DNA from: Candidatus Limnocylindrales bacterium
GTDB lineage: Bacteria; Chloroflexota; Limnocylindria; Limnocylindrales; CSP1-4
Assembly (NCBI GenBank): GCA_036570185.1
Contig: DATCPH010000015.1
Coordinates: 178-64,177, forward strand
Reading direction: 5' to 3'
DNA: 64,000 nt
The position numbers were made by a program, and so were the translations under genes. Below, one piece after another: positions 37,758 through 49,465 of this stretch. How positions within the stretch are numbered: the stretch's first letter is position 1; every line of letters starts with the position of its first letter. Under the pieces are notes generated by a model. That model made no database searches. It had not been told where the DNA came from and saw only the letters and a list, made by a program, of their open reading frames with translations.

Positions 37758-39548
37758 GTGGCCGCCCCCCGGCCCAAGCGGGGCGACGCGCGGAAACGCG
37801 AAGCGCACCGAGCCGGACCCCTCGTCGGTCGTGCCGGGCCCGGGGTTGGGCTGCCGGTCGTCGCGATCGTCGGCCGGCCCAACGTCGGCAAGAGCACCCT
37901 CTTCAACCGCGTCGTCGGAGCACGCACGGCGATCGTGGAAGACCGGGCGAGGACGACCCGTGATCGCCTGTACGGGGACGCGGAATGGAACGGCCGGCGA
38001 TTCGTGATCGTCGACACCGGCGGCCTCGAGGTCGATCCCGACGATCCGATCGAAGCCAAGGTCCAGGAACAGGCCCGGCTGGCGATCGCGGAAGCGGACG
38101 CGATCGTCCTCGTCGTTGACGCGGCCGCCGGCCTGACGCCCGCCGACCAGGAGGCGGCCGACCTCCTTCGCGTGGCCCGCGTGCCGGTCCTGGTGGCCGC
38201 GAACAAGGCCGACAACGAGCGGCGCGAGCTCGACGCGGCCGAGTTCCATCGTTTCGGCTGGCTCGAGATGCATCCGATCTCGGCAGCCCATGGCCGCGGC
38301 GTCGCCGATTTCCTGGATGCGCTCATTGGCGCACTTCCGCCCGAGAGCGCGGAGGAGATCGCCAGGAAGGCGCGTGAAATCGAGGCCGAGGCCTTCGCCC
38401 GCGATGTTGCGTCGGGGCACCTCCAGCCGTTCGTCGTGGGCGAGCCCGAGGACGAGACACTCGACGGCGAGCCCGGCGAGCCCGACGACTCCGGCGAGCC
38501 TGACGGGCTTGGCAACCTCGAGCTGGACCGCGCGGCGGCCAAATGGGACGCCGAGATCGCGGCCAGCGCGGGCGCGTCCCCGGCCGCCATCGCTTTCGTC
38601 GGCCGCCCGAATGTCGGCAAGTCGAGTCTCCTCAATGCCCTGCTCGGCGAGGAGCGGACGATCGTGTCGGAGGTCCCCGGCACCACCCGCGACTCGATCG
38701 ACACGTGGCTGCAGTGGGGCCGCAGCGAAATCGTCCTGATCGATACGGCCGGGATCAGGCGACGCGGCAAGGTCGCCTCCGGTCCCGCCGCCGAACGGTT
38801 CTCGACGCTGCGGGCACTGAAGGCGATTTCGCGCGCGGACGTGGCCGTCCTGGTGATCGACGCCGTCGAAGGCCTGACCGCACAGGACGCTCACGTCGCC
38901 GGCTACGTGGTCGAGGAGGGCAAGGGCCTCGTCGTTGCCGTCAACAAGTGGGACCTGGTGGCCGAGAAGACCGATCGGACCTTCGACCAATACGTCGAAT
39001 GGATTCGGGGCGAGGCGCCGTTCCTCGACTTCGCCCCGGTCCTGTCGATCAGCGCCAAGACCGGCCTCCGGGTCGGGCGAGTACTCGAGGCAGCCGTCGA
39101 CATCTGGGGCGAGCGGCGCAAGCGCGTGTCGACCGGTGAGCTGAACCGTCTCGTCATGACGTCGACTGAGCGAACGCCCCCGCCGCCGATGAAGGGTCGG
39201 CGCCCGAAGCTCTTCTACGCGACACAGGCGGCCGTGGCGCCACCGACCTTCGTCTTCTTCGCGAATGACGCCGCCGCCGTCCACTTCAGCTACCGGCGCT
39301 ACCTCGAGAACCGGATCCGGGAGGCCTTCGGCTTCGACGGGACCCCGGTTCGACTCGTGTTCCGGGACCGCACGGCAATTCGCCTGCCGCGCCGGAAGGC
39401 AACCCGGGGTGGGGCAGGTCGACGGGGATCGAAGGCCGGCCCCAGCGGGCCGGGAGGCGGTACCGTCCAGCGGCGATCAGTCCGACCGGGTGGCGCCGGC
39501 CAGAGCGGCCAGTCCGGCCGGGGCGGGTCGTCCGGCCGAGGTCGATGA
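37758..39548 (+). CDS. der: Ribosome-associated GTPase Der (EngA) with extended inter-domain linker and Arg/Gly-rich C-terminal tail
   Basis: GTG at 37758, 1 nt after the ispH stop (tentative start). Two G domains: [20 protein letters not shown] and [22 protein letters not shown]-like C-domain (PKLFYATQ...PPTFVFF). The tail reads [24 protein letters not shown]...[13 protein letters not shown]. Confidence 0.9.
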   Translation: MAAPRPKRGDARKREAHRAGPLVGRAGPGVGLPVVAIVGRPNVGKSTLFNRVVGARTAIVEDRARTTRDRLYGDAEWNGRRFVIVDTGGLEVDPDDPIEAKVQEQARLAIAEADAIVLVVDAAAGLTPADQEAADLLRVARVPVLVAANKADNERRELDAAEFHRFGWLEMHPISAAHGRGVADFLDALIGALPPESAEEIARKAREIEAEAFARDVASGHLQPFVVGEPEDETLDGEPGEPDDSGEPDGLGNLELDRAAAKWDAEIAASAGASPAAIAFVGRPNVGKSSLLNALLGEERTIVSEVPGTTRDSIDTWLQWGRSEIVLIDTAGIRRRGKVASGPAAERFSTLRALKAISRADVAVLVIDAVEGLTAQDAHVAGYVVEEGKGLVVAVNKWDLVAEKTDRTFDQYVEWIRGEAPFLDFAPVLSISAKTGLRVGRVLEAAVDIWGERRKRVSTGELNRLVMTSTERTPPPPMKGRRPKLFYATQAAVAPPTFVFFANDAAAVHFSYRRYLENRIREAFGFDGTPVRLVFRDRTAIRLPRRKATRGGAGRRGSKAGPSGPGGGTVQRRSVRPGGAGQSGQSGRGGSSGRGR

Positions 39549-40825
39549 CGCAGGCGTCCGGTCCGATGGACGCACCGCGTGTTGCCGTCGTAGGTGCGGG
39601 AGCGTGGGGTACGACGCTGGCGGCGCTGGTTGGGCGGGCTGAGCCGGTGACGTTGCTGAGCCACTCGCCCGAATCCGCCTCCGAGATCGCCCGAACGAAG
39701 CGCTACGAGCGTCGCCTCCCCGGAATCGACCTTCCCGACACAGTCCACGCGACCGCCAACCCCGCAGCCCTCGCTTCCGCCATGGATCTCGTGATCCTGG
39801 CGGTCCCGTCGTCGCACATGCGCGGAGTCGTAGGCTCCCTGCGGGAGCACGTCCCTCCGTCTACCGACCTTCTGTCCGACGCCAAGGGCCTCGAGGCAGG
39901 AACCCTCCTTCGAATGACCGAGGTCATTCGTGGCGTCGGCGGCTGGGCGAATCGCCCCGTTGCCGCGCTCTCCGGTCCGAATCTCGCCGGGGAGATCGCC
40001 CGCGGCCTGCCGGCCTCCGCGGTCGTCGCCGCCGAGGATCCCGCGCTGGCCGAACGGGTCGTCGACCGCCTGGCGCGTCGCGAGTTCCGCCCCTACATCA
40101 ACAGTGACATCCTCGGTGTCGAACTCTGCGGGGCGCTCAAGAACATCCTGGCAATCGCTGCGGGCGCGGCCGACGGTCTTGGATTCGGCGACAACGGCAA
40201 AGCCGGCCTCCTGACCCGCGGCCTCGCCGAGATGACCCGCCTGGGGATCGCTGCAGGCGCCAATCCCCTGACCTTCCCGGGTCTTGCAGGCATCGGCGAC
40301 GTCATCGCGACCTGCGGATCCGGCCTGTCGCGCAACCATCGCCTTGGCGAGGAGCTGGCCAGGGGCCGCCAGTGGTCGGACATCGAGGCGAGCCTCCCGG
40401 GCGTCGCCGAAGGTGCCTACACGGTCGATGCTGCCCTGGAACTTGCACGCCGGCTCGAGGTCGAGATGCCGATCGCCCAGGAGGTCCACAACGCCCTCTT
40501 CGAGGGCAAGAGCGTCCAGCGCTGCCTGATCGACCTCCTGGCACGCGAGTCCAAGGACGAGCTTGCCGACTTCCGGCGATGGGCCGAACGGCTGGGGCTG
40601 CCGGTGGCGTCACCGGAAGAATTGCCGCAGGCGTCTGCCGCGAGGATCCTCCCTGATATACTCCCGGCGTCCTCAGAGGCCGCGTTCGGCCGGGGCGGAC
40701 CAGGAGGTCAGCGATCGCGCGTGGAGGGCGCATCGACCGCACCGAGCGGCGGCCGAGCGACCGGACGACGACGATCCGCCGAGTCGGCGGCGGAGTCACA
40801 CGGGAGAGGTCTATCCAGGTCCTGA
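39545..40825 (+). CDS. gpsA: NAD(P)H-dependent glycerol-3-phosphate dehydrogenase with low-complexity C-terminal extension of about 85 aa
   Basis: [14 protein letters not shown] Rossmann motif, [40 protein letters not shown]. Conserved der-gpsA pairing with a 4-nt overlap. Confidence 0.9.
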   Translation: MTQASGPMDAPRVAVVGAGAWGTTLAALVGRAEPVTLLSHSPESASEIARTKRYERRLPGIDLPDTVHATANPAALASAMDLVILAVPSSHMRGVVGSLREHVPPSTDLLSDAKGLEAGTLLRMTEVIRGVGGWANRPVAALSGPNLAGEIARGLPASAVVAAEDPALAERVVDRLARREFRPYINSDILGVELCGALKNILAIAAGAADGLGFGDNGKAGLLTRGLAEMTRLGIAAGANPLTFPGLAGIGDVIATCGSGLSRNHRLGEELARGRQWSDIEASLPGVAEGAYTVDAALELARRLEVEMPIAQEVHNALFEGKSVQRCLIDLLARESKDELADFRRWAERLGLPVASPEELPQASAARILPDILPASSEAAFGRGGPGGQRSRVEGASTAPSGGRATGRRRSAESAAESHGRGLSRS

Positions 40826-40904
40826 GCCTTCTGGCCCGGGGCTTTTTCATGTGGGCGGGTGATGCAGCCCCATCCTCGCCGCACGCCGATGGAGGCACTC
40901 CCTA

Positions 40905-42260
40905 ATGCCGGCGACGGTCATCGTCGGTCTCCAGTGGGGCGACGAAGGCAAGGGCAAGACCACCGATTTTCTGGCCGAGCAGGTGGCGATGGTCGTTCGC
41001 TACCAGGGTGGCGACAACGCCGGCCACACGGTCGTCCACGGCGACGAGGTCCTGAAGCTCCGCCTCGTGCCCTCGGGCGTGCTGTATCCGCACATCACGT
41101 CCCTCATCGGCAACGGAGTCGTCGTCAATCCGGCCACGCTCATCGGCGAGCTCGAGATGCTCGCGGCGCGGGGCATCGACACCTCGAGGGTTCGAGTCAG
41201 CCGGAGCGCGCACGTGATCATGCCGTACCACATCGCCCTCGATCAGGCCAACGAGGCCAGGCTGGACGGGGCCAAGGTGGGAACCACCGGACGGGGGATC
41301 GGGCCGACCTACGGCGATCGGGCGTGGCGCGTCGGCCTTCGGATGGAGGACCTGGTCGACGAGTCCGTCCTACGCGAGCGGATCGGTCGGGTTCTGCCGG
41401 ACAAGAACCTGCTCCTCGAGGCGTTTGGTGTGGAGCGTTTCGAGGCCGAAACCCTGATCGAAATCGCGCTGGCGTGGGGAGAACGCCTTGGTCCCCACCT
41501 CGACGACACGACATGGCTCGTCCAGGACGCCCTCAGGCGTGGCGATCACGTTCTCCTGGAGGGCGCCCAGGGCGCGCTCCTTGACGTCGATCACGGCAGC
41601 TATCCGTTCGTGACGTCCTCGAACGCGGTCGCCGGCGGAGCGTGCACCGGCGGCGGAATCGGGCCGCTCCAGGTCGATGAGGTGATCGGGGTCATGAAGG
41701 CCTACGCGACGCGGGTCGGCTCGGGACCCTTTCCGACGGAGCTGACCGACGCGGTCGGGGCCGGCATCGCCAAGCGCGGCAACGAGTTCGGGACCGTCAC
41801 TGGGCGGCCCCGCCGGGTCGGCTGGTTCGACACTGTTCCGCTCCGTTATGCGGTCGCCGTCAACAGCGTGAGCTCGATCATGCTCAACAAGCTCGACATC
41901 CTCTCGGGCATCGAGACGATCCGCCTCGGGACCGCCTACGACGTGGACGGCCGCAGGGTGACCACCTGGCCGTCGAGCGGCTCCGCCCTCGCGCGAGCAG
42001 TGCCGGTGTACGAGGAGTTCCCGGGCTGGTCCGAGCCGATCGGCTCGGTTCGCGCGCTGGGTGACCTGCCGGAGAACGCGCGGCGCTACGTCAGTGCCCT
42101 CGAGGAGCACGCCGGCGTCCCGATCGTCCTGGTCTCGGTCGGTCCCGAGCGGACGCAGACGATCGAGCGGGCCTGGCGTCCGATGCGGCATCGAGCCGCG
42201 ACCGGATCCGCTCCGCCGTTGCCGTCGCCCGCGCCCGGCGCCAGCGTCCTCGCCTCGTGA
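40905..42260 (+). CDS. purA: Adenylosuccinate synthetase
   Basis: VGLQWGDEGKGK, GDNAGHTV, GTTGRGIGPTYGDRA, LLEGAQGALLDVDHGSYPFVTSS, EFGTVTGRPRR. Confidence 0.95.
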   Translation: MPATVIVGLQWGDEGKGKTTDFLAEQVAMVVRYQGGDNAGHTVVHGDEVLKLRLVPSGVLYPHITSLIGNGVVVNPATLIGELEMLAARGIDTSRVRVSRSAHVIMPYHIALDQANEARLDGAKVGTTGRGIGPTYGDRAWRVGLRMEDLVDESVLRERIGRVLPDKNLLLEAFGVERFEAETLIEIALAWGERLGPHLDDTTWLVQDALRRGDHVLLEGAQGALLDVDHGSYPFVTSSNAVAGGACTGGGIGPLQVDEVIGVMKAYATRVGSGPFPTELTDAVGAGIAKRGNEFGTVTGRPRRVGWFDTVPLRYAVAVNSVSSIMLNKLDILSGIETIRLGTAYDVDGRRVTTWPSSGSALARAVPVYEEFPGWSEPIGSVRALGDLPENARRYVSALEEHAGVPIVLVSVGPERTQTIERAWRPMRHRAATGSAPPLPSPAPGASVLAS

Positions 42261-43645
42261 GCCCCGTCATGCCGACGCGGGTGCTCATCGCCGGCGGCGG
42301 CGGCCGGGAACATGCGCTCGCGTGGAAGCTCGCCTCCGAGCCGGGCGTGAACGAAGTGTTCGTCGCGCCTGGGAGCGCGGGGATCGCCGAGGAGCACCGA
42401 GTCCTGGTCCTGCCGGACGTCGACCCGATGGATGGGGAGGCCCTCGTACGTGCCGCCCGATCGACCTCCGCGGAGCTTGTCGTGATCGGGCCCGAGGCGC
42501 CGCTCGCGGCGGGCGTCGCGGATGCTTTGCGGGGCGCCGGGGTGGCCACGTTCGGGCCCGGTGCAGCTGCAGCTCGGATCGAGACGTCGAAGGCCTTCTG
42601 CCATGAAGTCGCGGAGGCCGCCGGCGTCCGGATGGCCCGGGCGAAGGCGTTCGACGCGTTGGGCCCCGCCCTCGCGTACGCGCAGTCCCTCGCGTCCGGT
42701 GGTCGCGGAGTTGTCATCAAGGCCGACGGCCTGGCCGCCGGCAAGGGCGTAACGGTCTGCGACAACGGCGCCGCCGCGGAGGCTGCCCTCGCAGCGATCT
42801 TTGACAGCCAGTCGCCGAACGGCGAGCAGACGGCGCTCGTCGTGGTCGAGGAGCGCCTCTTCGGGAGGGAGGCGAGTGTCATTGCGATCTGTGATGGTCG
42901 CGACGCGCTCGCGCTTCCGGCTGCTCGCGACCACAAGCGGCTCGGCGACGGCGACACGGGTCCTAACACCGGCGGCATGGGCGCTTACTCGCCGGTGCCC
43001 GACCTTGACGACGCGGGCGTTGAGGAGATCGTCGCCAGGATCCATCGCCCCATCCTCGCGGAGCTCGCCCGCCGCGGCTCGCCGTTTCCCGGCGCCCTCT
43101 ACGCGGGTCTGATGTTGACCGACCACGGCCCGGTCCTCCTCGAATGCAACGCGCGCTTCGGCGATCCCGAGACCCAGGTCATCCTGCCCCGGCTGGGTGT
43201 CGCACTCGGACCGCTCCTCCTCGCCGCTGCTCGCGGCGAGCTCGCCACAGCGGCCCGCCCGCTCGAGCTGTCGGGGTCGCGCTTGCCCGCGACACGCGAG
43301 GCAACGGTCGGGATCGTCCTCGCGGCCGCCGGTTATCCCGGATCGGCGCGGCGCGGCGACTCGATCCACGGCCTCGATGACGCCCGCTCGATGGCCGCGC
43401 TGGTCTTCCACGCGGGAACGGCAATCGCGGAGGGCGGCGATGCGTTCGTGACCGCGGGCGGCCGGATCGTGACGGTCGTCGGCCGGGGCGCGGACCTTGG
43501 TGAGGCGCGCCGCAGGGCCGAGGACGCCGCTCAAGCGATTCATTTCACCGGGCTGCAGCGACGGCACGATATCGCCGCCGACCTGCCGCGCTCGTTCCCA
43601 GCGGAGGAAACCGGTTCGCGCGCTCCCGTGGGAGCGGGTCGGTGA
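42257..43645 (+). CDS. purD: Phosphoribosylamine-glycine ligase
   Basis: VLIAGGGGREHALAWKL, VVIGPEAPL, VVIKADGLAAGKGV, DHKRLGDGDTGPNTGGMGAYSP, LLECNARFGDPE. Confidence 0.94.
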   Translation: MSPVMPTRVLIAGGGGREHALAWKLASEPGVNEVFVAPGSAGIAEEHRVLVLPDVDPMDGEALVRAARSTSAELVVIGPEAPLAAGVADALRGAGVATFGPGAAAARIETSKAFCHEVAEAAGVRMARAKAFDALGPALAYAQSLASGGRGVVIKADGLAAGKGVTVCDNGAAAEAALAAIFDSQSPNGEQTALVVVEERLFGREASVIAICDGRDALALPAARDHKRLGDGDTGPNTGGMGAYSPVPDLDDAGVEEIVARIHRPILAELARRGSPFPGALYAGLMLTDHGPVLLECNARFGDPETQVILPRLGVALGPLLLAAARGELATAARPLELSGSRLPATREATVGIVLAAAGYPGSARRGDSIHGLDDARSMAALVFHAGTAIAEGGDAFVTAGGRIVTVVGRGADLGEARRRAEDAAQAIHFTGLQRRHDIAADLPRSFPAEETGSRAPVGAGR

Positions 43646-45063
43646 TCCCGCGCTACACGCTGCCCGACATGGGCGCGATCTGGACCGAGGGGGCCCGGTT
43701 CGAGCGGATGCTCCAGGTCGAGATCGAAGTGGCCCGGGCCCAGGCGCATCGCGGCCTCATCCCTGAGGCCGCCCTCAGCGCGATCGCGACTCGCGCGCGG
43801 GTCGACGTCGACCGGATCGCCGAGATCGAGCAGACGACGGACCACGACGTGATCGCGTTCGTCAGCCAGGTCGCGGAGCAGGTCGGGCCGGAGGGGCGCT
43901 ACCTGCACTTCGGCCTCACCAGCAGCGACGTCCTCGACACGGCGCTGGCGCTGCAGCTTCGCGACGCCGGCCGGCTGCTCCTCGAAGACGCCGACCGCCT
44001 TGTCGAGGCCCTCGTCGCGCGGGCTCGCGCCGAGGCCGACACCGTCCTGATGGGCCGGACCCACTCGGTCCACGCCGAGCCGACCACCCTCGGGCTCAAG
44101 ATCGCCGGCTGGGCATTCGAGCTGGCTCGCGGCCGGGCCCGCCTGGCCGAGGCGGTCGACGAGATTGCCACCGGCAAGATCTCCGGGCCGGTGGGGACCT
44201 ATAGCCACCTCGATCCCGATCTCGAGGCCGAGGTCCTGGCCGCACTTGACCTCCAGGTCGACCAGGTCAGCACCCAGATCGTCCAGCGTGATCGGCATGC
44301 AGCATTGCTGGCGGCGATCGCGATCCTCGGTGGGAGCCTCGAGCGCTTCGCGACCGAGATTCGCAATCTCCAGCACACCGAGATCGGCGAGGTGATGGAG
44401 CCCTTCCGCCAGGGCCAGAAGGGCAGCTCCGCGATGCCCCACAAGCGGAACCCGATCCTCAGCGAGCGAATCTCCGGCCTCGCCCGGACGCTCCGTGGCT
44501 ACGCGCAGACGGCCATGGAGGACCAACCGCTCTGGCACGAACGGGACATCAGTCACAGCTCCGCCGAACGCATCATCCTTCCGGGCGCGACGATCCTCCT
44601 TGACTACATGCTCGTCCGCATGACAGGCCTCATCGAGGGCCTCATCGTTCGTCCCGAGCGGATGCGCGAAAACATCGAGCGGGGCCTGGGTCTGCACGCC
44701 TCGTCGCGTGTCCTTGCCGCGCTCGTCGATCCGGGCGGACTCCGGCGGGAGGAGGCGTACGCGATCGTCCAGCGGGCTGCCCTGCGGGCCGCCGACGAGC
44801 GGCGGCCGCTTCGCGACCTCCTGGCGGTCGACCCGGCAGTGGCCCAGCGTCTCAGCCTGGAGCAGCTCGACGGCTGCTTTGACGACACCGCGTTCCTCCG
44901 GAACGTTCCGCAGGCCATCGCTCGCCTTCACTCGATCGCCCTTGCGTCGCGGTCGGCGGCTGTGCCTGCGGAGCCGGCGGGCGAGCCTGCCACGCCCACG
45001 GCGCCTGGACCGGACTCAAACGCGGACGCAGCCCATCCGGCGCCGGCAGAGGCGCCACGATGA
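43642..45063 (+). CDS. purB: Adenylosuccinate lyase
   Basis: MIPRYTLPDMGAIW, HFGLTSSDVLDT, GRTHSVHAEPTT, and GSSAMPHKRNP (fumarate-lyase signature). Confidence 0.94.
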   Translation: MIPRYTLPDMGAIWTEGARFERMLQVEIEVARAQAHRGLIPEAALSAIATRARVDVDRIAEIEQTTDHDVIAFVSQVAEQVGPEGRYLHFGLTSSDVLDTALALQLRDAGRLLLEDADRLVEALVARARAEADTVLMGRTHSVHAEPTTLGLKIAGWAFELARGRARLAEAVDEIATGKISGPVGTYSHLDPDLEAEVLAALDLQVDQVSTQIVQRDRHAALLAAIAILGGSLERFATEIRNLQHTEIGEVMEPFRQGQKGSSAMPHKRNPILSERISGLARTLRGYAQTAMEDQPLWHERDISHSSAERIILPGATILLDYMLVRMTGLIEGLIVRPERMRENIERGLGLHASSRVLAALVDPGGLRREEAYAIVQRAALRAADERRPLRDLLAVDPAVAQRLSLEQLDGCFDDTAFLRNVPQAIARLHSIALASRSAAVPAEPAGEPATPTAPGPDSNADAAHPAPAEAPR

Positions 45064-46004
45064 GTTCGGCCTCTCCGTACCTCCGGTCCGGCAAGGTCCG
45101 CGACCTCTTCACGCTGGGCACCGACCGGCTCGTCCTCGTGGCCTCGGATCGCATCAGCGCCTTCGACGTCGTCCTCCCCACGGCGATCCCCGACAAGGGC
45201 CGCGTCCTGACCGGGTTGTCCCGCCACTGGTTCGCCGAGACGTACGACCTCGTCCCGAACCACCTGCTCGCGACGTCGCCCGATGACGCCGTCGGCCTGA
45301 ACCTGCCGCCCGACGTGGCGAGTGACCTGCGCGGCCGCGTCATGATCTGCCGGCGGGCGACTGTCCTCCCCATCGAGATCATCGTCCGCGGCTACGTCTC
45401 GGGCTCCGGCTGGAAGGATTACCAACGGACCGGGGGAATCTGCGGGATCCCGCTGCCCGAAGGACTCGTGGAGAGCGATCGGCTGCCCGATCCGATCTTC
45501 ACCCCTTCGACCAAGGCAGAGCAGGGCGCCCACGATGAGAACATCGACTTCGACGCCGCCGCCATGCTCATCGGGGCGCCGCTGGCAGAGCGGGTCCGCG
45601 ACATTGCCCTGCGGCTCTACCGGTCCGGTTCGGCGAGCTGCGAACGAGCCGGCATCATCCTGGCCGACACCAAGTTCGAGTTTGGGCTGATCGGCGACGA
45701 GCTCATCCTTGTCGACGAGGTCATGACGCCCGATTCGTCCCGATTCTGGGATGCCGGCACATACAAGCCCGGCGGGCCCCAGCCCAGCTACGACAAGCAG
45801 TTCGTGCGCGACTGGCTCGAAACGCAGGCATGGGACAAGACCGCGCCCGGGCCCGAGCTGCCGCCTGACGTCGTTGCCGGCACACGCGCTCGTTACGTTG
45901 AGGCGTTCGAGCGGATCACCGGCGCCTCGTTCGAGCGATACCTGCGTGACGACGTGATCGCTCCGGGAGACGTGATCGCCCCAGACGAGGTGAGCGCGCC
46001 GTGA
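45060..46004 (+). CDS. purC: Phosphoribosylaminoimidazole-succinocarboxamide (SAICAR) synthase
   Basis: SGKVRDLF, SDRISAFDV, GRVLT, LADTKFEFG, DEVMTPDSSRFW, DKQFVRDW. Confidence 0.93.
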   Translation: MSSASPYLRSGKVRDLFTLGTDRLVLVASDRISAFDVVLPTAIPDKGRVLTGLSRHWFAETYDLVPNHLLATSPDDAVGLNLPPDVASDLRGRVMICRRATVLPIEIIVRGYVSGSGWKDYQRTGGICGIPLPEGLVESDRLPDPIFTPSTKAEQGAHDENIDFDAAAMLIGAPLAERVRDIALRLYRSGSASCERAGIILADTKFEFGLIGDELILVDEVMTPDSSRFWDAGTYKPGGPQPSYDKQFVRDWLETQAWDKTAPGPELPPDVVAGTRARYVEAFERITGASFERYLRDDVIAPGDVIAPDEVSAP

Positions 46005-46324
46005 GCTCGTCGCTCGCTGCGATCGCTTTCCGGTTCGCGGTGAATGTGATGCCAAAGCCGGGGATCCTTGACCCGCAGGGCCGGGCCGTCAGGTCGAGCC
46101 TTGGCCACCTTGCCATTGACGGTGTCTCCGCGGTCCGGGTCGGGCGCCGCGTCGAACTGACCGTGACCGCGGCCGATGAGGTGGCGGCGAGGGCGGTCGT
46201 CGCCCGGTTCGCGAGCGAGCTGCTTGCGAATCCGCTGATCGAGGTCCACGAGATCGAGCTCCTTGCCGCGACGCCCGTTGCCGCGACGCCGGACCGCGTG
46301 ACTGCGGAGGTTCCAACCGGATGA
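46001..46324 (+). CDS. purS: FGAM synthase subunit PurS
   Basis: VNVMPKPGILDPQGRAVRSSLGHLAIDGVSAVRVGRRVEL is the PurS signature. Lies between purC and purQ with 4-nt overlaps on both sides. Confidence 0.88.
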   Translation: MSSSLAAIAFRFAVNVMPKPGILDPQGRAVRSSLGHLAIDGVSAVRVGRRVELTVTAADEVAARAVVARFASELLANPLIEVHEIELLAATPVAATPDRVTAEVPTG

Positions 46325-47064
46325 CGCGGATTGGTGTGGTGGTCTTTCCCGGCTCGAATTGCGACGCGGATACGGTTCATGGGCTGAAGCTCGCGGGAGC
46401 CGACGCCGTGGAGCTGTGGCATGAGCGGGCGACGCTCGAGGGCGTTGCCGCGGTCGTGCTCCCGGGCGGCTTCGCCTATGGCGACTACCTGCGCGCCGGT
46501 GTGATTGCTCGGTTCAGCCCCATCATGCGGGCCGTCTCCGCGTTCGCCGACGACGGGGGCCTCGTCCTCGGGATCTGCAACGGCTTCCAGGTCCTGGCCG
46601 AGGCCCGCCTCGTGCCCGGGGCGCTCCTCCGAAATCGGGGCCTGCGTTTTCTCGGCCGCGACGTCCTGATCGCTCCTGAGCGGCTCGACACGCCGTTCAC
46701 ACGCCTCCTCGGAGAGCGTCGGCCCCTTCGGTTGCCGATCGCCCACGGCGAGGGTTGCTACTTTGCCGACGAGGCCGCCCTCGATGGGCTCGAGCGCGAC
46801 GGCCAGGTCCTGTTCCGGTATGTACGAGCGGACGGCGTCGCGGCCGGCGAGGACGATGAGGCGGCCAATCCGAACGGATCGCTGCGGGCCGTGGCCGGAG
46901 TCATGAACGCCGCCGGCAATGTCGCCGGACTGATGCCCCACCCGGAGCGCGCGGCCGAGGCGCTCCTCGGTTCGGATGACGGCATCGGGATCCTTCGCTC
47001 CTTGGTCGATGCCGCGGCGGCCGCCGAACGCGGCGATCAGCCGGTCCTGGTGGCCGCCCGATGA
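46321..47064 (+). CDS. purQ: FGAM synthase glutaminase subunit PurQ
   Basis: [31 protein letters not shown] (nucleophile Cys), MPHPER. Confidence 0.94.
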   Translation: MTRIGVVVFPGSNCDADTVHGLKLAGADAVELWHERATLEGVAAVVLPGGFAYGDYLRAGVIARFSPIMRAVSAFADDGGLVLGICNGFQVLAEARLVPGALLRNRGLRFLGRDVLIAPERLDTPFTRLLGERRPLRLPIAHGEGCYFADEAALDGLERDGQVLFRYVRADGVAAGEDDEAANPNGSLRAVAGVMNAAGNVAGLMPHPERAAEALLGSDDGIGILRSLVDAAAAAERGDQPVLVAAR

Positions 47065-49463
47065 TCGTCGCCGACGCCTCGCGCGAGGCGCCGACGCCGA
47101 CCCTCCATCGTCGCCTCGGGCTGACCGACGAAGAGCTCTCGGCGATCGAGCAGAAGCTCGGCCGGGAGCCAAACGATCTCGAGCTCGCGATCTTCAGCGT
47201 GATGTGGAGCGAGCACTGCTCCTACAAGAGCTCCAAGCCGCTGCTCCGGACCCTCCCGACCCAGGGCCGGGGCGTGGTCGCCGGCCCGGGCGAGAACGCC
47301 GGCGTGATCTCGATCGGTGGCGGCCTGGCGGTGGCATTCAAGATCGAATCCCACAACCACCCGAGTGCCGTGGAGCCGTACCAGGGCGCGGCAACCGGCG
47401 TCGGCGGGATCCTCCGCGACATCTTCGCGATGGGTGCCCGGCCGATCGCCGTTCTCGACGCTCTCCGCTTCGGCGATCCATCGGAGGCGCGCACGCGCCA
47501 CCTCGTCGACGGGGTCGTGCGAGGTGTCGGTGGCTACGGCAACTGCGTCGGTGTCCCGACCGTCGGGGGCGAGCTGGTGTTCGATCCGTCCTACGGCGGC
47601 AACCCGCTGGTCAACGTCATGGCGATCGGCCTTCTCGAGGAACGCCGGCTGACCCGCGCGGCCGCTCCGGGTCCGGGGAACCTGGCCGTGCTGTTCGGGT
47701 CGGCGACCGGCCGCGACGGGATCGGCGGCGCGTCGGTCCTGGCGTCGGCGACGTTCGGCGACGACGATCCCTCGAAACGGCCGTCGGTCCAGGTGGGTGA
47801 TCCGTTTGCCGAGAAGCTCCTCATCGAGGCCTCGCTGGAGCTCATCGAGCGGGGCCTCGTCGAGGGCCTTCAGGACCTCGGTGCGGGGGGGATCAGCTGC
47901 GCGACCTCCGAGACCGCCGATCGGGCGGGGACCGGGATCGCCATCGATCTCGACGCCGTTCCGCGCCGCGAGCCAGGCCTCGAGCCGTTCGAGGTGATGA
48001 TCTCGGAGTCACAGGAGCGGATGCTGGCCATCGTCCGCCCGGAGGCGTTCGACGCCGTCCGCGACATCTGCACGCGGTGGGACCTGCCGTGCGCCGTGAT
48101 CGGCAGGGTCACGAGCGACGGTGACATCTCGGTCGTGGAGGGCGGCCTCGAGCCCGACGGCCGGCCGGCACCCGCCGCGCGTGAGCTCGCCCGGATTCCG
48201 GCGGCCGCGTTGACGTCCGATGCGATCGTCCACGATCGACGGGCCCAGCCGCCCACCAGGCGACGTCTCGCGCCGGCTCCGGGTGAAGTCGTGCCCTTCG
48301 CGGACGGCCTGCCGGAGCGCGGGATGGATCCCGGCGCCGTGCTGCTCGGTCTACTGGGCTCACCCGCGCTCGCGTCACGACGCCCGGTCTTCGAGCAGTA
48401 CGACTCGACGGTCCAGACCAACACCGTGGTCGGGCCCGGCAGGGGAGCGGCCGTTCTTCGAATCAAGGGCACGACCAAGGCGCTCGTCGCCACGACGGAT
48501 GGGAATGCGCCGGCGGGTGCGATCGATCCGTGGCTGGGGGCGGCGCTGAGTGTGGCCGAGGCAACCCGGAACGTGTCGATCACCGGAGCGCGACCGCTGG
48601 GCGTCACCAACTGCCTCAACTACGGCAGCCCCGAACGGCCCGAGGCGTTCTGGCAGCTCTCGGAGGCGGTCCGGGGCCTCGGCGATGCCTGCCGCGCCCT
48701 GGGCCTGCCTGTCACGGGCGGCAACGTGTCGCTCTACAACGAATCGCCTGCGGGCGCGATCCTGCCGACCCCCGAGATCGGCGTCGTTGGGCTGCTCGAC
48801 GATGTCGAGCTGCTCAACGGCCCGGCATTCACGAGCGACGGCGACTTGATCGTTATCGTCGGCGAAGCCGCGCCGGGCCTCGTCGGCAGCGACTACGCCC
48901 GGATCGGCGGGACGGCCGTGGAGGACGGCGCTCCAAGCCTTGACCTGGCGCGCGAGGCCTCCCTCCAGGCATTCATCCGCGAGGCGATCGCTCGCGGGCT
49001 CGTGGCTTCGGCCCAGGATGTCTCCGGGGGCGGACTCGCCGTCGCCATTGCGGAGTGCGCGATCTGGAGCGGCCTGGGAGCCCGCGTCCGGCTCGGGGTG
49101 GTGCACTCCCCAGCCGTCGAGCTCTTCGGTGAGAGTCCCTCCCGCCTCGTGATCTCGACGCGGCCGCGGTTCGCGCCGGCGGTGCTGCTGCTCGCCCGTC
49201 AGCACGGCCTGCCGGTCGAACAGATCGGGGTTGTGGGCGGCGAGCGGGTGGTCGTCGACCTGACCGGTGCCGGCGCCACCGGCGCCGCCGAAGAACGCGG
49301 CTCGAGGGTCGCCGACGTCGTCGACGTGGCGGTCCACGATCTCCGACGCGCATGGGACCACGGCCTGGCTCGGGCCCTCGGCTGGGATGTCGGCGTCGCG
49401 ACCGTCGGCGTCGCGAACACGGGCGCTGCGCACGCCGGCGATCATCGAAGCGGGGCGGCGTAG
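47061..49463 (+). CDS. purL: FGAM synthase II subunit PurL
   Basis: [58 protein letters not shown]. Confidence 0.95.
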   Translation: MIVADASREAPTPTLHRRLGLTDEELSAIEQKLGREPNDLELAIFSVMWSEHCSYKSSKPLLRTLPTQGRGVVAGPGENAGVISIGGGLAVAFKIESHNHPSAVEPYQGAATGVGGILRDIFAMGARPIAVLDALRFGDPSEARTRHLVDGVVRGVGGYGNCVGVPTVGGELVFDPSYGGNPLVNVMAIGLLEERRLTRAAAPGPGNLAVLFGSATGRDGIGGASVLASATFGDDDPSKRPSVQVGDPFAEKLLIEASLELIERGLVEGLQDLGAGGISCATSETADRAGTGIAIDLDAVPRREPGLEPFEVMISESQERMLAIVRPEAFDAVRDICTRWDLPCAVIGRVTSDGDISVVEGGLEPDGRPAPAARELARIPAAALTSDAIVHDRRAQPPTRRRLAPAPGEVVPFADGLPERGMDPGAVLLGLLGSPALASRRPVFEQYDSTVQTNTVVGPGRGAAVLRIKGTTKALVATTDGNAPAGAIDPWLGAALSVAEATRNVSITGARPLGVTNCLNYGSPERPEAFWQLSEAVRGLGDACRALGLPVTGGNVSLYNESPAGAILPTPEIGVVGLLDDVELLNGPAFTSDGDLIVIVGEAAPGLVGSDYARIGGTAVEDGAPSLDLAREASLQAFIREAIARGLVASAQDVSGGGLAVAIAECAIWSGLGARVRLGVVHSPAVELFGESPSRLVISTRPRFAPAVLLLARQHGLPVEQIGVVGGERVVVDLTGAGATGAAEERGSRVADVVDVAVHDLRRAWDHGLARALGWDVGVATVGVANTGAAHAGDHRSGAA

Positions 49464-49465
49464 AG

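Noticed and set aside
36662-38770. 702-aa minus-strand ORF antisense to ispH/der
   Set aside because: This is a shadow ORF; the ispH and der motifs on the + strand are unambiguous.
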